64,000 nt of DNA from an uncultured Clostridia bacterium (lineage in GTDB: Bacteria; Bacillota; Clostridia; Oscillospirales; CAG-272): contig CANPZU010000002.1 in assembly GCA_947588825.1 (NCBI GenBank), forward strand, positions 12,750 to 76,749, written 5' to 3'. The notes below the pieces were generated by a model. That model did not search any database. It saw only the letters and a list, made by a program, of their open reading frames with translations, and had not been told where the DNA came from. This document shows positions 15,903-23,600 of the stretch, in pieces. The first letter of the stretch is position 1. Each line of letters begins with the position of its first letter. The position numbers were made by a program, and so were the translations under genes.

Positions 15903-17351
15903 ATGAAACTGTATAATTCACTGACAAGACAAAAGGAAGAATTCACGCCAAAGGACCCCGAGCATGTCGGCATGTACACCTGCGGTCCCACCGTCTATCA
16001 CTTTGCCCACATAGGCAACCTGCGCAGCTACATCATGGAGGATATTCTCGACAGGTATATAAGATATCTCGGCTACGGACTTAAAAGAGTGATGAACATT
16101 ACCGACGTCGGACACCTCTCAAGCGACGGCGATACCGGCGAGGACAAAATGTTAAAGGGCGCAAAACGCGAGCACAAAAGCGTTATGGACATTGCATCCT
16201 TCTACACCAAGGCGTTTTTTGAGGACTGTGCCAAACTGAATATCAGAAAGCCCGACGTAATCGAACCTGCCACCGCGTGTATTGGCGACTTTATCAAGGC
16301 GATAAAAATCCTTGAGCAAAAGGGCTACGCCTATCAGGCGGGCGGAAACATCTATTTTGACACCTCAAAGCTTGAAAAATACTACGTCTTCAACGATTTT
16401 TCGCAGGAAGACCTTGCAATCGGCGTTCGCGAGGGCGTCGAGGCCGACGCAAATAAGAAAAACCCGGCTGATTTTGTCCTGTGGTTCACCAAATCCAAGT
16501 TTGAGGACCAAGAGCTGAAATGGAACAGTCCTTGGGGGCTCGGCTATCCCGGTTGGCATATAGAATGCTCCTGCATAAGCATGAAGCACCTTAAAGACCA
16601 CCTTGATATCCACTGCGGAGGCATAGACAACGCTTTTCCTCACCACACAAATGAAATAGCCCAAAGCGAGGCGCTGATCGGACACAAATGGTGCGATCTT
16701 TGGTTCCACGTGCATCACCTTAATACAGGCGGCGGCAAAATGAGCAAATCCTCCGGCGAGTTTCTGACCGTCTCGCTTCTTGAAGAAAAGGGATTCGACC
16801 CGCTTGCATATCGCTTTTTCTGCCTTCAGTCGCATTACCGCAAATCGCTCCTCTTTACATGGGAAAACCTTGAAAACGCGGCAAACGCCTACTCAAAGCT
16901 TGTAACGAAGGTCGCCTCCCTGCTTGAGCAACAACCAAATGCCGAAAAGATGAACGTCCTTAGCGATAAAGCCGCAAAAGACCCCGCATTTATCGCCTGC
17001 CGCGCCGCCTTCACCGACGCTCTTGATAACGACCTTAACACATCCCTGGCCGTGACCGCGCTTTACGACGTGTTTAAATCCGACGCCTCCCCCGAGATAA
17101 AGCTTGCCCTTAGCTGTGACTTTGACAGGGTGCTCGCGCTTGACCTTGTTCCCCACGCCCAAAAGCTTTTGCTCGACAAGGCAGCCGAACATGTCGACAA
17201 ACAGTGGGTAGAGGAGCTTATACAAAAACGTAACGACGCTAAAGCGGAAAAAAATTACGCCGCCGCCGACGCAATTCGCGCCGAGCTGCTTAAAAACAAT
17301 ATCGTCCTTCAGGATACGCCAAACGGCACAAAATGGTCTGTTAAGGCTTAA
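15903..17351 (+). CDS. cysS: Cysteine--tRNA ligase
   Basis: 482 aa with a HIGH-type motif (FAHIGNLRSY) and KMSKS (GKMSKSSG). Confidence 0.95.
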   Translation: MKLYNSLTRQKEEFTPKDPEHVGMYTCGPTVYHFAHIGNLRSYIMEDILDRYIRYLGYGLKRVMNITDVGHLSSDGDTGEDKMLKGAKREHKSVMDIASFYTKAFFEDCAKLNIRKPDVIEPATACIGDFIKAIKILEQKGYAYQAGGNIYFDTSKLEKYYVFNDFSQEDLAIGVREGVEADANKKNPADFVLWFTKSKFEDQELKWNSPWGLGYPGWHIECSCISMKHLKDHLDIHCGGIDNAFPHHTNEIAQSEALIGHKWCDLWFHVHHLNTGGGKMSKSSGEFLTVSLLEEKGFDPLAYRFFCLQSHYRKSLLFTWENLENAANAYSKLVTKVASLLEQQPNAEKMNVLSDKAAKDPAFIACRAAFTDALDNDLNTSLAVTALYDVFKSDASPEIKLALSCDFDRVLALDLVPHAQKLLLDKAAEHVDKQWVEELIQKRNDAKAEKNYAAADAIRAELLKNNIVLQDTPNGTKWSVKA

Positions 17352-17429
17352 TCATAAGATTTTTTGAAAAAATCCACGCCTTAAAACCTTTGCAGCAATA
17401 ACAAAGCCAAATCAAAGCCAAAAAACAAA

Positions 17430-17463
17430 GCTCAGCCTTTTTCGGTTGAGCCTTGTTTTTTTG
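17430..17463 (+). terminator. Intrinsic terminator after cysS
   Basis: GCTCAGCC-tttttc-GGTTGAGC followed by CTTGTTTTTTTT. Confidence 0.6.
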
Positions 17464-17539
17464 ACAGACCGTTTAATCTGCCTTTTATCTTTTATATGAA
17501 GAATCCGTTAAAATACGTCTATGATCGACGCTTATAACT

Positions 17540-18982
17540 TCAACGGTTTGCTCTTCTCTTTGTAGCGACCACGGCAAGACCGAGAGTCGATACAAGCGCG
17601 AGAACGATTATTGCAAGAGAAGCGTCGCCTGTTTCTGCGGGGCCTTGGCCGCCTGTACCTGTGCCTTCACCGCCTGTACCTGTGCCTTCGCCGCCTGTAC
17701 CTGTGCCTTCACCGCCTGTGGTGGGAGGAGTGATGGTATAAGCCGTTCCGTTATACTCTACACCGTCTGCGAGCGCGTCATATGTCACGTCACCGGTAAA
17801 CATAGCTATCTCACTAATCTGGAAGTAGCCGCCGTTGCCTTTGTTGGCAGTGATTTCTATGGTGTAGTAAGCGTAAGCCTTCGTAGCGTTCAGATTGAAA
17901 ATGAAATACATTTCACTAACAGCACTAATCTTAGCGTCGGTTGTTTCGAACACCTTAACGCCTTTTTCGGTCGCGGAGTCGGAGCCGTAAACTGTAAATG
18001 CTTTGGGAGCTCTGCCCGGGTAATCTTTATCATCGTGAGTTCCAAAGGCTATGTACTTCGGAGCACCCGCGGCAGTATCGGCCTTGAAGGTGATTGTAAC
18101 ACCCGCTTCAGGGAAATTACCCTCAATCTTTTTGGAGAGATCGCCGTCAAACAAAACCTTTCTGTCTTTATCTTTATCGAATTTGTCCGTTGTGCCGGTA
18201 GTAACTACTTCTGCATCGGACAGAGTCACCTTGGTACCATTTTTAGGAGCAAAGACAGTGGAAGAATTGATTGTCGCTGAAAAGCAGGTAGCGTTGTCGT
18301 TTGCGTCGGTATAAGTGAACTCAAGCAGAGAATAAGTTGTAACATAGTTTTCAGCCTTAAATATGTACAGCTTATCGCCGGCGTCGGTAGTCTTTATGTC
18401 GTCTACAACAAACTGGCCCTGATTGTCCCTATCTGATCTACCCTTTTTGCATTCGTCGTGAGTTTCGCCAACGACCGTCGTGCCTTTGGCAAGCTTGGGA
18501 TCGGTGTTGAAGATAATCTCGGCGGTTACGGTTTTGGCCTTGGTGTCAGCCGTTACCTTTGCATACTTTGTTCCCCATGCGGCATATTGAGAGGTAAATG
18601 TTTTCTCATAAACCTCGCCGTTGGGCATTGTAAGCTTAAGCTTGTTTTGGTCGTCCTTGGTCAAATCGGCGCCGACAATACCAAGCTGCAAAGAACTCTT
18701 GGTAATGTTATTATTGTCTCTGAGCTGGCAATGCGCGTAGCCGAGGTAACCGATATTCCAATACGCGGGTTTGCCGTTTACTTCGACCTTGATGTCCTCG
18801 AGCTTTTCGGCAATGGTCTTGTTAAAGTGCACGTCGCCCTCGACAAATCCGTGGTCTGCCTTGACGTTCTCGCTTGTGGGTGCAAGAGCGGGATCGTCAG
18901 CGGCAAACGCTGAAAGCGCACAAGGAACAATCATGATACATGCAAGAAGCATAGCAAGAATTGTTTTGAATGATCTTTTCAT
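17540..18982 (-). CDS. Secreted cell-surface protein with C-terminal sortase-type anchor (PAETG + TM + KRRANR)
   Basis: The N-terminal signal peptide is MKRSFKTILAMLLACIMIVPCALSAFA. The C-terminus is (GGEGTGT)x3..GPAETGDASLAIIVLALVSTLGLAVVATKRRANR. The central region resembles a discoidin/F5-8-type-C carbohydrate-binding module (tentative). Confidence 0.6.
   Translation of the reverse strand: MKRSFKTILAMLLACIMIVPCALSAFAADDPALAPTSENVKADHGFVEGDVHFNKTIAEKLEDIKVEVNGKPAYWNIGYLGYAHCQLRDNNNITKSSLQLGIVGADLTKDDQNKLKLTMPNGEVYEKTFTSQYAAWGTKYAKVTADTKAKTVTAEIIFNTDPKLAKGTTVVGETHDECKKGRSDRDNQGQFVVDDIKTTDAGDKLYIFKAENYVTTYSLLEFTYTDANDNATCFSATINSSTVFAPKNGTKVTLSDAEVVTTGTTDKFDKDKDRKVLFDGDLSKKIEGNFPEAGVTITFKADTAAGAPKYIAFGTHDDKDYPGRAPKAFTVYGSDSATEKGVKVFETTDAKISAVSEMYFIFNLNATKAYAYYTIEITANKGNGGYFQISEIAMFTGDVTYDALADGVEYNGTAYTITPPTTGGEGTGTGGEGTGTGGEGTGTGGQGPAETGDASLAIIVLALVSTLGLAVVATKRRANR
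17649..17720 (-). repeat. In-frame 21-bp tandem repeat x3 encoding GGEGTGT
   Basis: ccgcctgtacctgtgccttca repeated at 17649, 17670 and 17691. Confidence 0.85.
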
Positions 18983-19193
18983 ATCATCTTATCCTCCTTA
19001 AATTCAGACGGGCGGATACACTTTTGCCCGTCTCGGTTAGCTTTATTTTATAAGATAATTAACAAAAAGTCAATACTTTTGCAAAATAATTCTACTTTGC
19101 GCTCCAAATTCCGCATTTTAAACAAAAGTGAAGAATGGTTTTTGTGCATTATTACCATAGACAGGGAAAAAGGCAAACAGAACGGCCGATCAA

Positions 19194-19205
19194 GAACATT
19201 TGTTC
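19194..19205. promoter_or_regulatory. LexA (SOS/Cheo) box GAACATTTGTTC
   Basis: Perfect GAAC-N4-GTTC palindrome upstream of lexA. Confidence 0.75.
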
Positions 19206-19239
19206 ACAAAATGTTTACACAAATTGCTTAGAAAGAGGA

Positions 19240-19251
19240 GAACAACTGTTT
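19240..19251. promoter_or_regulatory. Second, degenerate LexA box GAACAACTGTTT overlapping the lexA -35
   Basis: GAAC-N4-GTTT. It overlaps the TTGAAA -35 hexamer. Confidence 0.5.
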
Positions 19252-19278
19252 GAAATTTTTTTTAAAGTGTGCTACAAT
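19250..19278 (+). promoter_or_regulatory. lexA promoter (TTGAAA-17-TACAAT)
   Basis: TTGAAAttttttttaaagtgtgcTACAAT. Confidence 0.5.
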
Positions 19279-19363
19279 TAGGTTAAACGACGCGGAACGC
19301 TCCTTAAGAGAGCGTACTTTAGTAAATTCGCGCGTCTTTGGAATGAAAGGCAGGTAAAACGCC

Positions 19364-19984
19364 ATGGCGCAGCTGACGTCCACAGAAAAGAAAATATACG
19401 AATATATATCCGAAACCATTCGCCGCGAGGGCTATCCCCCGACGGTGCGCGATATCCAACAGTCGCTTTCTATCCGCTCGACCTCAACGGTGCACTCCTA
19501 CCTTGAAAAGCTGGAGGCAAAAGGCGTCATAACCCGCCGGTCGGGAAAAAGCCGCTCAATGAGACTCAGCAGCGAAACGGGCGAAGAGAAAAAAACCGCT
19601 AAGGTGCCCGTCGTCGGAACGGTCGCCGCCGGAACTCCTATACTTGCCGAGGAAAACATCGAATCTTATATCGAATTTCCCCTTGTAAAAAGATCCTATA
19701 ACGCCTCCTCCCTCTTCGCACTCAGGGTAAAAGGAGAAAGCATGATCGAGGCCGGTATTATGGATGGAGATACCGTCGTCGTGGAACGCTGCTCAGTCGC
19801 TCAAAACGGCTCCATCGTCGTCGCCCTTGTCGACGAGGTCGACGGACCTTCCGCAACCGTCAAGACTTTTTATAAGGAAAATAACCACTACAGACTGCAG
19901 CCCGAAAACAGCGAGATGGACCCTATTATCGTAAGCGACGTTACCGTGCTCGGCAGAGTAATATCCGTCATGAGATTTTATTGA
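19364..19984 (+). CDS. lexA: LexA repressor (SOS regulator, S24 autopeptidase)
   Basis: MAQLTSTEKKIYEYI..GYPPTVRDI.. (wHTH), ..VAAG.P.. cleavage region, and ..GESM..GI.DGD... Confidence 0.92.
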   Translation: MAQLTSTEKKIYEYISETIRREGYPPTVRDIQQSLSIRSTSTVHSYLEKLEAKGVITRRSGKSRSMRLSSETGEEKKTAKVPVVGTVAAGTPILAEENIESYIEFPLVKRSYNASSLFALRVKGESMIEAGIMDGDTVVVERCSVAQNGSIVVALVDEVDGPSATVKTFYKENNHYRLQPENSEMDPIIVSDVTVLGRVISVMRFY

Positions 19985-20011
19985 TATATCGGTCTATAAT
20001 ATAGATATAGT

Positions 20012-20824
20012 ATGAAAAATAAAAAACCTGTCCGTACTTTCAAAAATGAGGCTTCCCGGTTCTGCAAAAAGAGCGTGTACCTGCTCTCCTTTGCCTCTTC
20101 CGCAATACTTTTGCTTCTGTCCGATCTGTATCTGCTCTTTATAGCTAACTTCGGCACAACCTCGGTTTTTATAACAATATATTATTACTTTACCCAACTT
20201 TTGTCCGTCTCTGCGTTTTTCGCCCTCGTCTCAATATCGATATATACCTACTTCGCGGGTAATATGCCCGCCTTCGCACATTCGCTCACAATGAACGCCC
20301 TCTCCTCGGTCTTCGTCTCCGTCCTCGCAAACTCGCTTATCATCTGGCTCCTTGCCTTCGCCGATCAAAACCTCGACCTCCCCTTTTCCGTCAGTAACTA
20401 TTCTTTGACCGAGCTTAACGAAAACGGCCTTATCTATATTATGTCTATGTCCTTCATGAGCGTTCTCTCTCTCTTTCTCGTCGTTCTTGTCTCGTTTCTC
20501 ATTTTAAGAACGGTTAAACGTAAATACGTCAAAAATTATACCGACCTCTCACTTGACGCCCTTGCAAACAGCTCCAGTCCTGATTTCCCCTTGAAAACCC
20601 CCGCCGCCGTCTTTGCCGGCTGCTTCGCACTCGTCAGCTTTCTCTTTCAGGCCCTCGATACCTTGACAACCGTAACCGATATCGGAACCCCTGAATACGT
20701 AAACGACTATATTTACCTCATGACTCCTTACTTTATGTTGGTTATATATACCCTCGCGGGTTACTTCGTCATGCAGTACTTTATAAACTACTTCGCTAAA
20801 AAAACGCTCGACCTTTCAAAATAA
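20012..20824 (+). CDS. Hypothetical polytopic membrane protein (27 nt downstream of lexA)
   Basis: 270-aa ORF with several long hydrophobic segments. No recognisable family, and no clear RBS before the ATG at 20012. Confidence 0.45.
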   Translation: MKNKKPVRTFKNEASRFCKKSVYLLSFASSAILLLLSDLYLLFIANFGTTSVFITIYYYFTQLLSVSAFFALVSISIYTYFAGNMPAFAHSLTMNALSSVFVSVLANSLIIWLLAFADQNLDLPFSVSNYSLTELNENGLIYIMSMSFMSVLSLFLVVLVSFLILRTVKRKYVKNYTDLSLDALANSSSPDFPLKTPAAVFAGCFALVSFLFQALDTLTTVTDIGTPEYVNDYIYLMTPYFMLVIYTLAGYFVMQYFINYFAKKTLDLSK

Positions 20825-20839
20825 CGGCCGGGCGCTTTT

Positions 20840-21055
20840 GTTTGTAGCTGCAAATATGAGATTTCGCGCCTGCGGGCGCGACGGGGCTCTGCCCTCGACC
20901 CGCCGGCTTTTGAAAAGCCGGGGAAATAAATAGAACAAACCGTAGTGCAGCGCGCATGTCGCTTGTTGAGGAATCTTTCGCGCCTGCGGGCGCGACAAGG
21001 GCTCCTCGCCCTTGACCGTCGCCGGCTTTTAAAAAGCCGGAGAAATAAATAGAGT
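20840..21055 (-). repeat. Repeat module B, two tandem units (inverted orientation)
   Basis: TTTCGCGCCTGCGGGCGCG..CCGGCTTTTGAAAAGCCGG at 20862-20927 and 20976-21045 is the reverse complement of 6467-6690. Confidence 0.85.
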
Positions 21056-21239
21056 AAACCGTAGTGCGGCGCGGCGGCCTTGCGTGGGCAAAGCCTACGC
21101 AAGGTCAGAGCAGGAGGGTACGGCGTCGGGGGAAAGCGAGCTTTCACCGAGTCGCCGTACCCTTCTGCACTGACTCTGCACGCCCGAAGGGCGGCAGAGC
21201 GTCCGCGCTAATGAAGATTCTGCTCTAAGGTTTATAAAG
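21056..21239 (-). repeat. Repeat module C, inverted copy (with flipped hairpin loops)
   Basis: Reverse complement of the 6271-6453 and 57257-57440 flanks. The central loops are in the same + strand orientation as the direct copies. Confidence 0.85.
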
Positions 21240-21244
21240 TGAAG

Positions 21245-21322
21245 GGCCGCACAAACGCGGCCGTCTTAGTAGTTCTGAAGTTTTTGAAGGGGTTCGGGGA
21301 GGCTTTTTTCAAAAAGCTCCCC
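21245..21322 (-). repeat. Repeat module A, inverted copy a
   Basis: GGCCGCACAAACGCGGCC..GGGGAGGCTTTTTTCAAAAAGCTCCCC. Confidence 0.85.
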
Positions 21323-21336
21323 GAGAAGAGCAAAGA

Positions 21337-21415
21337 GGCCGCACGAACGCGGCCGTCTTGGCAGTTTTGAAGTTTTTGAAGGGGTTCGGGGAGGCTTTTT
21401 TTCAAAAAGCTCCCC
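21337..21415 (-). repeat. Repeat module A, inverted copy b (abuts the ldh stop codon)
   Basis: GGCCGCACGAACGCGGCC..GGGGAGGCTTTTTTTCAAAAAGCTCCCC. It ends 8 nt from the ldh stop. Confidence 0.85.
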
Positions 21416-21422
21416 GAGACGA

Positions 21423-22376
21423 TCAAAGTTTAAGTCCGGCGAAGGTATCTCTAAGGAGGGTACAGGAGCGGTCGAACTTATCGAGTTCAGACTGAGTCAT
21501 AGAGATAGGGAGGACTTTTTGAGCGCCGTTACGGCTGACTATTGTCGGGACACCGACAAAGACGCCGCCCGACTGGCCGAACTCGCCGCGGAGCATTGAG
21601 GAGACGGTGAGGATACTGCGTTCATCGCCGAAAATAGCGCGAGTGATTCTAACGAGTGACATACCGATACCGTAATAGGTAGCCTTTTTAGCGTCGATGA
21701 TTTTTTGAGCGGCGGAGCGGACTTCAAAGGCAATATTTTCAAGGTCGTCTATACTGAAGTTACTGATTTCGGTTGTATACTCAAGCACGGGTTTAGTAGC
21801 GATAAGGGCCTGTGACCAAGGCACGAACTCGCTGTCACCATGTTCGCCCATCACATAGGCGTGTACGTTACGCGGGTCGACCGAGAAGAAGTCGCCGAGG
21901 AGGTAGCGCAGTCTTGCGGTATCGAGGGTAGTACCTGAGCCGATCACATGTTTAGGATTAAAGCCGGAGAGCTCGCAGGTAATGCGGGTCATTATATCAA
22001 CGGGGTTAGTAGCGACGAGAAAGATACCGTTAAAATCAGAATCCACCACGGGGTTCACGACCGAGCGAAACACCTCGGTATTGCGCTGAAGCAAATCAAG
22101 GCGGGACTCGCCCGGTTTTTGAGCCACGCCGGCGCAGATAACGACGATATCGGCGTCCGCGCAGTCGCTGTACTTACCCGCGTAAATTTTCATATGCGAG
22201 CCTGAAAACGCGAGGCCGTGGCTTAGGTCCATAGCCTCTCCGGCGGCTCTTTTTTCATCTATATCGATAAGCACAAGTTCATCGCACGCGTTCTGATTGA
22301 GCAGTGCGTAAGCGTAGCTCATACCGACCATACCCGCGCCGACCAAAACCACTTTTCTGTTATCTCTTGACATCAT
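21423..22376 (-). CDS. ldh: L-lactate dehydrogenase
   Basis: ..KVVLVGAGMVGMSYAYAL.. (Rossmann GxGxxG), ..ATNPVD.., ..GEHGDSE... Confidence 0.92.
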   Translation of the reverse strand: MMSRDNRKVVLVGAGMVGMSYAYALLNQNACDELVLIDIDEKRAAGEAMDLSHGLAFSGSHMKIYAGKYSDCADADIVVICAGVAQKPGESRLDLLQRNTEVFRSVVNPVVDSDFNGIFLVATNPVDIMTRITCELSGFNPKHVIGSGTTLDTARLRYLLGDFFSVDPRNVHAYVMGEHGDSEFVPWSQALIATKPVLEYTTEISNFSIDDLENIAFEVRSAAQKIIDAKKATYYGIGMSLVRITRAIFGDERSILTVSSMLRGEFGQSGGVFVGVPTIVSRNGAQKVLPISMTQSELDKFDRSCTLLRDTFAGLKL

Positions 22377-22603
22377 ATTTTCCTACTCTTTTTAAATTTT
22401 TACAGTTTTAATAGTTTTCATATAAATAAAATACACAAACACATAACATATATAATAATTGTGTACAGACGCGCAAAAAACATGCAGAACAGTAAGCAGG
22501 ATTTTTGCGGTCACTCACGATGGCGCAAGGGCGGCACACACAATCATACAAACAAAACAAATCGGCGCGGCAGAGCGCGTCGATTTGCGAAGCGGTGCAC
22601 CGA

Positions 22604-23233
22604 TCAATCCTTATCTATATCGAGCGGAGTGATATCGGTGTTCTTTTTATCCTCTTTAGGTTTGACAGGTGTTCTTGGCGTTTTCTTACGTCCGGCGTTA
22701 AAGTACATATATATATTGAGGAAAAGGCCGACTGCTCCGTCGATAATGAGCATGACATAGGTGAACTTTTCCCAAACCGAGCGATCTCTAAACGGATTTA
22801 TCAGGATGAGAAACGACATAGCAATAAAAGCGACTGCCACAGACATAACGGCGATCCATGTTCTGTTTCCGACGCTGAGAAGCTGAATAGCGTTTTGCAG
22901 TTTAATGACGGAGGTGAGCATAATGCCGATTCCGAGGCAGACCGTAAAGCCGGAGGCGACGTCGTTCACTCGGGTCATTATGATTATGCCGAGGAACACG
23001 AGAAGCACGCCGCCCGTGAAGCCGTAAGAGCTGTAGTTAAGATAGGATTTTGACAGAAAATATTTTATAACCATAGCCGCCCCCGTGATGACCAGTCCCA
23101 CGCCGAGCAGAGAAGCGAAAACCTTTGTATTGATGCCGTTGTCAAACAGCAAGATTGCGCCGACTATGATATAAACAATAGGAAGCAATATCATCATCAC
23201 GGCGTTGCGTTCGGGTGAATTTGTTAGTTTCAT
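22604..23233 (-). CDS. HdeD/DUF308-like small multi-pass membrane protein
   Basis: Start placed at ATG 23233 after a GGGAGG RBS. Repeated TM hairpins resemble DUF308. The C-terminus is a basic tail. Confidence 0.45.
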   Translation of the reverse strand: MKLTNSPERNAVMMILLPIVYIIVGAILLFDNGINTKVFASLLGVGLVITGAAMVIKYFLSKSYLNYSSYGFTGGVLLVFLGIIIMTRVNDVASGFTVCLGIGIMLTSVIKLQNAIQLLSVGNRTWIAVMSVAVAFIAMSFLILINPFRDRSVWEKFTYVMLIIDGAVGLFLNIYMYFNAGRKKTPRTPVKPKEDKKNTDITPLDIDKD

Positions 23234-23455
23234 ACATACCTCCCGTAAATTCAATCCTGAGGCCGGGCACGGTAAGCGTGTCTTACATCCTCTTAAATAA
23301 TTTTATCACTTTTTTGCTAATATGTCAAGCGTGAAATGAACCTGCCGCCGTTTACCGTTTATATTTTTATATTTTTTGAGCGCGCGCTCAACTCAGCGGT
23401 GATAAAAAGGCGGGTCGGGAAAAGCGTTTGGCGCGTGAAAAACTTTTCCTGACTG

Positions 23456-23484
23456 TTGACGGCGAAGAAAAAATGTTATATAAT
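23456..23484 (+). promoter_or_regulatory. Promoter of the MBL-SDR-DUF362 cluster (TTGACG-17-TATAAT)
   Basis: TTGACGgcgaagaaaaaatgttaTATAAT. Confidence 0.55.
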
Positions 23485-23555
23485 TGATTCGGACCCTGAT
23501 ATAAAATAAACAAATAAATAATGAAGAAGCAAACGGCAAGCGCGAGCCGTACTTT

Positions 23556-23583
23556 GCATTAAGCATTAAGCATTAAGCATTAA
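23556..23583. repeat. 7-bp tandem repeat x4 (GCATTAA) in a 5' UTR
   Basis: Four exact units ending 3 nt before the RBS AGGAAGGGAG. Confidence 0.85.
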
Positions 23584-23600
23584 GAGGAAGGGAGAAAATC

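Noticed and set aside
19228-19419. 63-aa ORF on the minus strand across the lexA promoter and start.
   Set aside because: It overlaps the lexA promoter, SOS box and start codon on the opposite strand. It has no RBS and a hydrophobic, low-complexity translation.
20788-21426. ORFs 20788-21147 (-), 20816-20998 (-) and 21232-21426 (-).
   Set aside because: They are translations of the inverted repeat block. They overlap the 3' ends of real genes and have no start context.
22377-22603. Rex-type operator (TTGTGAA-N4-TTCACAA) upstream of ldh.
   Set aside because: Only a loose ACACAA...TTGTGT inverted repeat with wrong spacing is present, which is not convincing.
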